Assembly (NCBI GenBank): GCA_043802785.1
Contig: JAZDKR010000024.1
Span: 97 to 64,096, forward strand
From: Elusimicrobiota bacterium
GTDB taxonomy: Bacteria > Elusimicrobiota > UBA8919
DNA: 64,000 bases
Reading direction: 5' to 3'
Part shown: positions 34,736 through 42,550 of the stretch, piece after piece
How the letters are laid out: the number at the start of each line of letters is the position of its first letter
Position numbering within the stretch: position 1 is the first letter of the stretch
Position numbers and translations under genes: made by a program
Notes under the pieces: generated by a model
The model's database searches: none
Told to the model about the DNA's origin: nothing
What the model saw: the letters and a program-made list of their open reading frames with translations, nothing else

Positions 34736-35467
34736 TTATTTCTTTTCTTCTTTCTTGGCAGCAGGAGCAGCAGCTTCTTTTTTCGAGACGGTAGCAGGTT
34801 TTGCTTCCTCGCCTTCCTCGCCTTCCTCGGAGAGTTCCTTCTTACCCTTACTTATTACCTCAGGCTCGGCAGCCGCTTCGCCAACTACGGCACTCGGCGT
34901 AACTTCTTCAAGGATCGTCGGTGATGCAATGTTAACAATTATCTGGTCTGGCGCAATTAGAACTTCAACATCTTTTGACAGAACCAAATCCTTTACAAGG
35001 ACCACATTGCCTATCTCAAGATTTGAAATATCAACTATGATTTTCTCGGGAATATCCAAAGGCAGACACTTCACTTTCAGTTCTCGGACGATGTGTGAAA
35101 GAACACCACCGGACCGAAGGACTCCGGGCGCGGAACCTTCAAGTACGACCGGAATAGAAATCTCAATTTTCTTTTTCATACTGATCTGATAAAAATCAAT
35201 ATGGGAAATCGCTCTGGTTATGATATTTTTTTGAATATCCTTTATCAGAACTGTTTTTGAGGTCTTGTCCGGTATGTTAAGCGAGATTATAACATTATGT
35301 CCCGCCCTTTTAAGCAGTGTTCCAAATTTGGCAGCATCAACGGTAAGAGACATACTTGCCATGTCACCGTAAAGAATCGCCGGAATTTTTCCAGACGCTC
35401 TCAACTTCTTCATTTCACCTTTTGAAACCAATTCCCTTGCCTCTGAATCCAATGTGAATTTTTCCAT
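34736..35467 (-). CDS. rplY: 50S ribosomal protein L25 / general stress protein Ctc, with a low-complexity acidic and lysine-rich tail.
   Basis: Two-domain L25/Ctc pattern. C-terminal EEGEEGEEAKPA...KKEEKK. Confidence 0.85.
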   Translation of the reverse strand: MEKFTLDSEARELVSKGEMKKLRASGKIPAILYGDMASMSLTVDAAKFGTLLKRAGHNVIISLNIPDKTSKTVLIKDIQKNIITRAISHIDFYQISMKKKIEISIPVVLEGSAPGVLRSGGVLSHIVRELKVKCLPLDIPEKIIVDISNLEIGNVVLVKDLVLSKDVEVLIAPDQIIVNIASPTILEEVTPSAVVGEAAAEPEVISKGKKELSEEGEEGEEAKPATVSKKEAAAPAAKKEEKK

Positions 35468-35570
35468 AAAATACCGCTAACCCGACGCAAAACTTACACG
35501 CTAAACCGACGCTAAAATGTTTTGCGTCTGTTCTGCGTTCTTGTTCCGCGTCTGTTTTGCGCTCCTTTTA
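35468..35570. promoter_or_regulatory. ACGCTAAA / GCGTCTGTTTTGCG phased repeat array (B1), upstream of rplY.
   Basis: Related to the arrays at 47156-47232 and 49262-49350. Confidence 0.55.
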
Positions 35571-36509
35571 TCACACAAACAATTCCGACACTGATTTTTC
35601 GTCGTGAATTCTTAATATCGCATCAGCCAGAAGTTTTCCAACGGACAAAACCTTTATCTTTTTTGATTTTGATTTACCGTCTGATATAGAATTGGTAACA
35701 ACCACTTCTTTTACCGACGATTTTTCTATTTTTTCGTAGGCACTACCGGCAAAAATTCCGTGAGCGGCTGTTGCATAAATATCATTTGCACCAGCTTTTT
35801 TCAGTGCTTCAACGGCTTTAGTTAGTGTTCCAGCAGTATCAATCATATCGTCAACTATTATAATGTTTTTGTTTTTTATATCCCCAATAATGTGAATTAC
35901 AGCTGCCTCGTCAGGTGAAAGACGCCTCTTATCTATTATGGCAAGCCCGACTTTCAGTCGCTTGGCAAATGAACGGGCACGCTCAACACCGCCGGCATCA
36001 GGAGATACAACAATAACATCGGACAGTTTTTTCTTTTTGAAATAGTCAACAAGCACAGGACGGACAAACAGATGGTCAACAGGTATATCAAAAAATCCTT
36101 GAATTTGTCCCGCATGTAAATCAAGTGTAAGAATCCTGTTGGCACCGGCAACAGTTATCAAATTGGCAACAAGTTTTGCTGTTATCGGAACTCGCGGCTC
36201 AACTTTTCTGTCCTGACGGGAATATCCGTAATAAGGCATCACAGCCGTAATTCTTCCGGCAGATGCACGACGAAGAGCATCAATGATTATGAGAAGTTCC
36301 ATAAGGTTTTCGTTTGCAGGACTGGAGGTTGGCTGAACTACAAAAGTATCGCAGCCGCGTATGTTTTCCATTATTTTTACACTAACTTCTCCGTCAGGAA
36401 AACGACCTGTTTCCAAAGCACCTGCCGGAACTTTAAGAAAACCACAGACCTCTTTTGTTAAATTGCGATTTGCCGAACCGCTGAAAATTTTTAATTTACC
36501 GTAACTCAT
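35571..36509 (-). CDS. prs: Ribose-phosphate pyrophosphokinase.
   Basis: MSYGKLKIFSGSAN and the overall Prs family pattern. Confidence 0.9.
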   Translation of the reverse strand: MSYGKLKIFSGSANRNLTKEVCGFLKVPAGALETGRFPDGEVSVKIMENIRGCDTFVVQPTSSPANENLMELLIIIDALRRASAGRITAVMPYYGYSRQDRKVEPRVPITAKLVANLITVAGANRILTLDLHAGQIQGFFDIPVDHLFVRPVLVDYFKKKKLSDVIVVSPDAGGVERARSFAKRLKVGLAIIDKRRLSPDEAAVIHIIGDIKNKNIIIVDDMIDTAGTLTKAVEALKKAGANDIYATAAHGIFAGSAYEKIEKSSVKEVVVTNSISDGKSKSKKIKVLSVGKLLADAILRIHDEKSVSELFV

Positions 36510-36524
36510 TGAAACCCTCCGTTA

Positions 36525-36625
36525 ACACCAGAGATTAGGAGATTAAGAAATTATGAGATTAGGGATGAGGCAAAATCTCAATATCCTAATCTCCTAATCT
36601 CCCAATCTCCTAATCTCTCTTTTTT
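36525..36625. repeat. GAGATTAG tandem and inverted hairpin element.
   Basis: Sequence cagagattaggagattaagaaattatgagattaggg ... ctcaatatcctaatctcctaatctcccaatctcctaatctctc. Confidence 0.7.
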
Positions 36626-38172
36626 ATCACCTGTCTCCCTCTCGCAATTGCCAGTTTATTGTCAGGAACATTCTCAGTAATGGTTGAGCCGGCAGCAATC
36701 AAAACCCCTTTTCCTATTTTAATAGGCGCAATGAAATTAGTATTGCTTCCGACGAATGTGGAATCGCCAATTTCCGTTTTATGTTTATTTTTACCGTCGT
36801 AATTACAGGTAATCGTGCCGGCACCTATATTTATATTTTTTCCGAGTGTAGAATCACCGATATATGAAAGATGTGAGACCTTTGTATTTTCACCAATAAT
36901 TGATTTTTTAATCTCCGAGAAATTACCGATGAGAGCGTGCCTTGCTATTTTTGTTTCCTTTCTTATATGAGAAAACGGACCTACTCGGACATCGTCGGCA
37001 ATTTCGGCTCCGCAAACAAAAGATGCCTTTATTTCAACATTTTTTCCGACGATGCAATCCTCAATATAACTAAAAGGTCCAATCGTGCTGCCCGTTTTTA
37101 TTTTCGTTTTGCCTTTGATAATTGTTGAAGGTAAAATAGTGACATCTTTTTCAATCTCAACCGTTTCCTCTATGTGAACTGTCCCGGGATTGACAATCGT
37201 AACGCCGGCGAGCATTAGATTTTTAAGAACCTTTTCTCTGATGTAATTCTCCGCTTGGGCAAGTTCGCATCTGTTATTTATTCCCATAATTTCCTTGAAA
37301 TCCTTAATTTTATAGGCGATAACTTTTTTGCGGGAACCGCTTCGACTTAAAATTGACACAACATCCGTCAGATAATACTCGCCTTTTGAATTATCGTTTT
37401 TTATCTCGCGCAGTGCAGAAAAAAGTTCTTTCGACGAAAAGACATAAATACCTGAGTTGATTTCCTTTATTTTTTTGATTTCATATGAGGCATCTTTTGC
37501 CTCAACAATTGACTTAACCGTTCCATCGATATTTCGGACAATTCTTCCGTAATGCGAAGGATTTTCTATCTCGCAAGTAAGCACTGTCGCAACAGCTTTT
37601 TCTTTTTTGTGAACTGATAGCAATTTGTCAACAGTTTCTTTCGTAAGAAGCGGAACATCACCGGAAAGTATAACCAAATCGCCTGTTCCCTCACAACGGG
37701 ACTCCGCACATTTAACAGCATCACCGGAACCAAGTTGTTTTTCCTGTTCAACAAAAACCACCTGACTAAGAGGTTGTCCGACAACCCCTGTTTTTTGGTT
37801 TTGACCGTCATTCCGTGCTTGACACGGAATCCATTCTCCGACGGTAACACAATTTTCTGAGAGCCTGCCCCGCGCTTTGACACGGGGGACCTTTTGACCA
37901 TTGTCGGACAACCTCCCAAGAGCCGTCATGCTTGCCATTCTATCGCTTATCGCTTTTTTGACAAGTTCTGCTTTGTGCCCTACAACGACAATTTTTTTAT
38001 CAAAACCGTTGTCTATAATTTCAATGACCCTTTCAATAATTGTTTTGCCCAAAATTTTATGAAGAACTTTCGGCGTTTCCGACTTAAACCTTGTTCCTTC
38101 ACCTGCAGCAAGAATAATACAAACAATACTTCCCATAGCAATTGAAATACAATGGAACCACGATGGAGACAC
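36610..38172 (-). CDS. glmU: Bifunctional GlmU (UDP-GlcNAc pyrophosphorylase / GlcN-1-P acetyltransferase). Carries an in-frame insertion of about 60 aa, at about 37764-37947.
   Basis: N-terminal LAAGEGTRFKSETPKVLH, a C-terminal left-handed beta-helix (hexapeptide) domain, and the glmU-prs-rplY-pth synteny. The insert encodes WIPCQARNDG, which is also present in a spurious ORF in the 18000-18365 repeat block. Confidence 0.85.
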   Translation of the reverse strand: MSPSWFHCISIAMGSIVCIILAAGEGTRFKSETPKVLHKILGKTIIERVIEIIDNGFDKKIVVVGHKAELVKKAISDRMASMTALGRLSDNGQKVPRVKARGRLSENCVTVGEWIPCQARNDGQNQKTGVVGQPLSQVVFVEQEKQLGSGDAVKCAESRCEGTGDLVILSGDVPLLTKETVDKLLSVHKKEKAVATVLTCEIENPSHYGRIVRNIDGTVKSIVEAKDASYEIKKIKEINSGIYVFSSKELFSALREIKNDNSKGEYYLTDVVSILSRSGSRKKVIAYKIKDFKEIMGINNRCELAQAENYIREKVLKNLMLAGVTIVNPGTVHIEETVEIEKDVTILPSTIIKGKTKIKTGSTIGPFSYIEDCIVGKNVEIKASFVCGAEIADDVRVGPFSHIRKETKIARHALIGNFSEIKKSIIGENTKVSHLSYIGDSTLGKNINIGAGTITCNYDGKNKHKTEIGDSTFVGSNTNFIAPIKIGKGVLIAAGSTITENVPDNKLAIARGRQVIKKRD

Positions 38173-38190
38173 AATTGAAACGCAATTGTA

Positions 38191-38225
38191 TTTCTACTGT
38201 ATTTCTACTGTATTTCTACAAATTT
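38191..38225. repeat. Tandem repeat (tgtatttctac)3.
   Basis: Direct reading. Confidence 0.8.
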
Positions 38226-38236
38226 CTGACGGTTCT

Positions 38237-38309
38237 CTGGGGAGGATGGATTCGAACCATCGTAATGACGGCTCCAAAGGCCGTTGCCTTACCGCTTGGC
38301 TACTCCCCA
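38237..38309 (-). tRNA. tRNA-Gln (anticodon UUG).
   Basis: Cloverleaf folded by hand. Sequence is TGGGGAGTAGCCAAGCGGTAAGGCAACGGCCTTTGGAGCCGTC...GGTTCGAATCC...CTCCCCA. It resembles the E. coli tRNA-Gln 5' half. Confidence 0.7.
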
Positions 38310-38360
38310 ATTACGCTCCCTCGCCAAAGACGAGTCCGCCTCTGGCAGAAAAGGCCGTTG

Positions 38361-38391
38361 CCTTATCCGCATAAGTGTACTACTCCACAAT
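38361..38391 (-). pseudogene. Degenerate partial copy of the 5' half of tRNA-Gln.
   Basis: aaaggccgttgccttatccgc ... ctactccacaatta compared with the tRNA sequence aaaggccgttgccttaccgcttggctactccccaatta. Confidence 0.5.
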
Positions 38392-38659
38392 TACACCCAT
38401 GTTTCCAATTCCCGTAAAAATCGTTATCTCAACTTATATTCTTCTACCTTTTTCAGACGGTAAAAATCAATTTTCGGCATTTAGTATTTAATAGTATTTG
38501 CTGGTATTTAAAAGTATCTTTTTATCAATTTGTAAGGGCAATCGCAGAATCTATAAAAACAGCCACTTTTTAGAGAACAATTAATACCACTTTATCAACC
38601 TTCTTTATTTTACCCAATTAATTCTCTTTTGTCAATGTTTTTTCAGATTATGCATTATC

Positions 38660-38880
38660 ACAAAATAAGCGATTTCGTCGCAATGATTACAGCGATTTAG
38701 AAAGAACGATTACGGCGATGTTTTGTATCGCTGGTATCGTTGACTTTATCGCTGTAATCAGTATCTCCGCCTTTGGCGGAAGTTTCCGATACAACAAGAT
38801 TACACGGATTTCATGCCTAATGCAGATCCGCCTTCGGCGGAAAGTCCCGACGGTGTTATCCCCGCATAGGCGGATTGATG
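38660..38880. repeat. Noncoding block with three GATTACRGCGAT boxes (two direct, one inverted) and two CCGCC(TTT/TTC)GGCGG hairpins.
   Basis: Direct reading. Iteron- or operator-like arrangement in a 500-bp stretch with no ORF. Confidence 0.5.
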
Positions 38881-38914
38881 ACTTTTTCAACGGTCTGATA
38901 ATAAAAAGAGTAAA

Positions 38915-40438
38915 TCAAATATATCCATTAGATTTTTGCAGTAAAAATAAAAATAAATGCGCTGGTATAATTGCAACATTTTCAAAAAGTACTGTATCTT
39001 TGCTTATTAAGAAATATTTTTTTATTCTATCAAGAGAGGCAATATCTCTTTTTGTAACATTGTTTTGATATTTTACTTCAATAGCTGTAAATTCATCATT
39101 TGTATTTTTATAGAGATAATCGATTTCCCGCGAATCATCATAATATAACCATAAAAATGTTATCATTTCCTTCATAGGAAGCGATTCTTTTGTCATAGAT
39201 ATATGATTCCCAACTATTCCCTCAATCATATTACCTGTAATTGTATCATCTAACAGCATTTCTGAACTTACTTCGTATCCGTCTTTACCTTTCAACCAAC
39301 TGTTCATTGAATAACACAAAAAAGGATCAAAGAAGAATATTTTTTTATCTGCTTTAAGTTTATATGTATTTTTATTTAGGTCATACGCATAGAACATTCT
39401 TACAAGTAATGATTCTCTTAATATCTCTGTATACGATATTACTGTTTTATGGTCGGTACTATTGTTTATTTCATGAGCAACATCATTGAAACTATATCTG
39501 CTTCCTTGTCTCCTTAATACACCACCAATTAATTCTCTCATAGTGTCTTCATTTTTTACCATCCTTGATAAATCTCCTTTTAAAACATCTACATACCGTT
39601 CATATATCTCATTGTTAATTTTTTCTTCTTTTTTCTCGCCAAAATACTTATTTGAAATATATGAATTTATGGATTCCGGATAGCCACCTGTAATAAGGTA
39701 CATTCTAAATAGCATATACAACTCTTTTTGATACGGAAGCAATTTTCTCACTGCATTATTGAATTCTTCATATTTTTCAATATCAGCCGAATTCATACTA
39801 TCTATTTCGCTATAAAATTGTCTTAAAGATGCAATTAAATTGGTATCCTGATTACCGTGCCACTCGTGAATATGGTTAATCTGTAATACAAATTCTCTAA
39901 ATGATAGTGGGAAGAACATTTTTTCATTCCCTTCAATATCTCTACCGGGAAGTCTTTCCTTTTTGCTTTTTATATCCCACGGATTTGAACCAGTGGCGAT
40001 TATTGAGCAGTTTTCAGTTACACCGCTATCAGCAAGAGTTTTAAGTTCTAAATTCCAACTATCAACAGCTGATATTTCATCCAGAAAAATATAGAGTGGC
40101 TTTTTGTCCATTCCAATGTTACTTAAGAAAAACTTAATAGCGTCGCCTAATTCCTTTCTTGTTTTACCTGTTAAATTATCGCATGAAAGATAAAATATGG
40201 ATTTTGGGTCAACATTTTTTTTGTCGATTAATTCCTTTATTGTTTGTTTTATCCAAACAGTTTTCCCTACCTGACGCGGTCCTCTTACAACATAAATATT
40301 TTGAGGTTGAGGATCCATCCAAACTCTGTTAAATGTAATTGGTTTAGAAGCCAATTTCTTTAAATGTGGATCATATAAAGAAAAGTTTTTACCAAATTTC
40401 CACCATAAGTTTGCTTCAGCAATTTCTTGTGTTTTCAT
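38915..40438 (-). CDS. AAA+ ATPase, which I recall as the COG1373-like AAA_14/DUF4143 family.
   Basis: P-loop VVRGPRQVGKT, Walker B FLDEISAV, a TGS motif and a C-terminal ...AIEVK... region. 507 aa. Confidence 0.55.
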   Translation of the reverse strand: MKTQEIAEANLWWKFGKNFSLYDPHLKKLASKPITFNRVWMDPQPQNIYVVRGPRQVGKTVWIKQTIKELIDKKNVDPKSIFYLSCDNLTGKTRKELGDAIKFFLSNIGMDKKPLYIFLDEISAVDSWNLELKTLADSGVTENCSIIATGSNPWDIKSKKERLPGRDIEGNEKMFFPLSFREFVLQINHIHEWHGNQDTNLIASLRQFYSEIDSMNSADIEKYEEFNNAVRKLLPYQKELYMLFRMYLITGGYPESINSYISNKYFGEKKEEKINNEIYERYVDVLKGDLSRMVKNEDTMRELIGGVLRRQGSRYSFNDVAHEINNSTDHKTVISYTEILRESLLVRMFYAYDLNKNTYKLKADKKIFFFDPFLCYSMNSWLKGKDGYEVSSEMLLDDTITGNMIEGIVGNHISMTKESLPMKEMITFLWLYYDDSREIDYLYKNTNDEFTAIEVKYQNNVTKRDIASLDRIKKYFLISKDTVLFENVAIIPAHLFLFLLQKSNGYI

Positions 40439-40591
40439 TGTTTTTTCCTTATTCTAGCGTTATTTAGGTATTGTATTCCCCAAATTCGGCTTATTTTAGG
40501 GAATGCGTTCCCCAAACTATCATTTATTTCTTATTCTATTAAAATAATACTATATTTCAATAAAAAAGTCAATACCTAAAATAGTAATTCA

Positions 40592-40786
40592 GTGAAACAA
40601 CTGGATCATGCAAAATTACAAACTTTATCACTAAAGTTGTCTCGGTATTCAAAATTCGCTCACTCGGAACGCTTAACAAAATTTAACAAAGTTCTGTTAA
40701 CTGATGATAAAATGATTACACAGATTAAAAGCCAAATTACATTCACCCCGTTAGATAAGATTCTCTATCTAACGGGGCAGGAATAA
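40592..40786 (+). CDS. Hypothetical small protein of 64 aa. It is the only non-overlapping plus-strand ORF.
   Basis: ORF only; I see no recognisable motif. Confidence 0.2.
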   Translation: MKQLDHAKLQTLSLKLSRYSKFAHSERLTKFNKVLLTDDKMITQIKSQITFTPLDKILYLTGQE

Positions 40787-40824
40787 ACCCATTTTTTAAC
40801 CTGTGTAATCAGACATCCTTCTCT

Positions 40825-41310
40825 TTATATGATGTCTATAATCTTTTTGATTTTTTCATTTGTTACATGTCCGTAAATATGCCCATCAATCGCTACCACC
40901 GGAGATAGTGCACATTGACCGAAACAAGCAACTGACTTCACGGTAAATTTGTTGTCAGAACTTGTGAAAGATTCACTTTCTTGTGAACTCGTGATTTTTA
41001 ATATAGATTTTATTGAATCTAATAGATTTTTTGCCCCTCTGGTATGACAGGCGGTACCACGACAGACAATAATAGTGTGTTTGCCTTGTGGTTGAGTGTT
41101 AAAAAAAGCATAAAACTTAACTATGCTGTAAAGGAGAGAAAGCGGAATCTTTGAATTTTTTTTTGCTATGTATTCCAGTGTTTCTTTCGGTAAATATTTG
41201 TGCGGGTTAAGTTTTTGAATTTCTTCTAATATCCCTAAAATTTCTCCAGGCTTGCCACGATACTTCAAAATAATTCTATCAATTAATTTTTCGTCTGATG
41301 TTTTATTCAT
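40825..41310 (-). CDS. nuoE: NuoE-like thioredoxin-fold [2Fe-2S] ferredoxin (complex I 24 kDa subunit family).
   Basis: Cysteine quartet CRGTACH ... CFGQCALSPV. Confidence 0.65.
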   Translation of the reverse strand: MNKTSDEKLIDRIILKYRGKPGEILGILEEIQKLNPHKYLPKETLEYIAKKNSKIPLSLLYSIVKFYAFFNTQPQGKHTIIVCRGTACHTRGAKNLLDSIKSILKITSSQESESFTSSDNKFTVKSVACFGQCALSPVVAIDGHIYGHVTNEKIKKIIDII

Positions 41311-41329
41311 TTTATCGTAAAGCGAGGGA

Positions 41330-41548
41330 ATCTTGCTGTGCGTGACTGCGGAGCATCAATTTATAAGGTCATTGCGAGCGTTAGCGCTTTGTGACAGAAG
41401 TTCCCGATAGTACTTGTCATTGCGAGGTGAAACCGCCCGCCAAACTGTTACCGAAATTGTGAAGTATTACACATAGGCGGGTGGCAATCCCATAGCGAGA
41501 TTGCTTCGTCGGTCGCCCGAGGCGACCTCCTCGCAATGACACTTCACC
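41330..41548. repeat. Cluster of CATTGCGAGG / CCTCGCAATGAC palindromic elements.
   Basis: gtcattgcgagcg..., gtcattgcgaggtgaaaccgcccgcc ... cctcgcaatgacac. Relatives at 29990-30075, 44150-44290 and 48270-48312. Confidence 0.7.
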
Positions 41549-42348
41549 CTACTTCTTTCTGTATGCCTCTAAATATGAGTCGCAATAAAGTTGTTTGCCG
41601 AGGAGCAGTTCTGTTGTTATCATTGAATTCATCAATTCTTTATCAAGTGGATTTAAAATTGCAGCGTCAAGTCCTGCCTCCAAAGCCATAACAAGAAATG
41701 TTCTGTCAACGAGCATTCTGTCAAGTGTTCCCTGTGACACATTTGACAAACCCAAAATTGTTTTCGGAGGTGGGTCGCAAATAATTTTACATTGTTTGAT
41801 TGTTTCCAAGACAGCACGGGAATGATCCTGGGCAACATTTACAGGAAGAATAACCGCATCAATATAAAGATTTTCCATCTCAATTCCATACTCCATTGAT
41901 GAGCAACTATATTCGCCGCAATCTCTAACCGTGCTTCTGCATTCGCAGGAACTCCTGACTTAGTCATTGTCAAAGCGATAACTTTTGAGTTGTATTTTTT
42001 TGCAAGAGGAAGAAGAACATCAAGTTTTTCTTTCTGCCCTGAAGTAGAATTCAAAAATGAGCCGGGACCTGCCAATGAAAGCCCTCTTTCCATAACAACT
42101 AATTTTGTCGTGTCAACAGCGAGTGGTTTATCAGTCACTTCACGAATTACCGTAATTAACCATTCCATATCTTTCAATGGATCTATTGATGCTGGTCCCA
42201 CATTTACATCAAGGACATCAGCACCTGCTTCTAATTGTTTTTTCGCAAGTTCCTGAATTATCAGTTTGTTTTTTGTCTGAATTGCTTCACTGACATTTTT
42301 AAACATCCCGTTAATCTTTTCACCGATAATAAGCATAAACACCCCCAT
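41549..42348 (-). pseudogene. Pterin-binding methyltransferase (MeTr/AcsE-like, methyltetrahydrofolate:corrinoid methyltransferase family), split by a frameshift near 41839-41896.
   Basis: N-terminal MLIIGEKINGMFKNVSEAIQ ... LDVNVG and a C-terminal half in the second ORF. The frames overlap by about 58 nt, with no homopolymer at the junction. Confidence 0.6.
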
Positions 42349-42365
42349 TAAAATCCGTGAATCGT

Positions 42366-42417
42366 GTAGTTGCCCGATTTATCGGGCATAAAGGCGCTCA
42401 ATAAATTGAGCAACTAC
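42366..42417. repeat. Complete 52-bp element bounded by terminal inverted repeats, gtagttgcccgatttatcgggcataaaggcgctcaataaattgagcaactac.
   Basis: The two ends, gtagttgc and gcaactac, are inverted repeats of each other. Confidence 0.8.
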
Positions 42418-42477
42418 AAAACTGCGACTACACAAACCATGCAACATTGAAATTCTTCACCTGCGGTGAACCTACTC

Positions 42478-42550
42478 GGCGATACAACAATCTAACGCTG
42501 ATATTCGCAAATATTCGCGTTGTCTCTTATTCGCGTCCATTCGCGTTTTT
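42478..42550. promoter_or_regulatory. CGCGAA phased array (A5), upstream of the MeTr gene.
   Basis: Sequence ctaacgctgatattcgcaaatattcgcgttgtctcttattcgcgtccattcgcg. Confidence 0.55.

Noticed and set aside
38830-38850. GGCGGAAAGTCCCGAC resembles the RNase P RNA core motif GGAGGAAAGTCCGGGC.
   Set aside because: Only 9 of 16 bases match. I found no companion P4 or P10-12 consensus (…GGTAAGAGCGCACC…) nearby. On this strand it would also run into the ATPase gene.
38237-40830. An intact prophage or integrative conjugative element at tRNA-Gln.
   Set aside because: No integrase, recombinase or phage structural gene is present. I see only boundary-like repeats and a single ATPase, so at most an eroded remnant (reported as a low-confidence finding).
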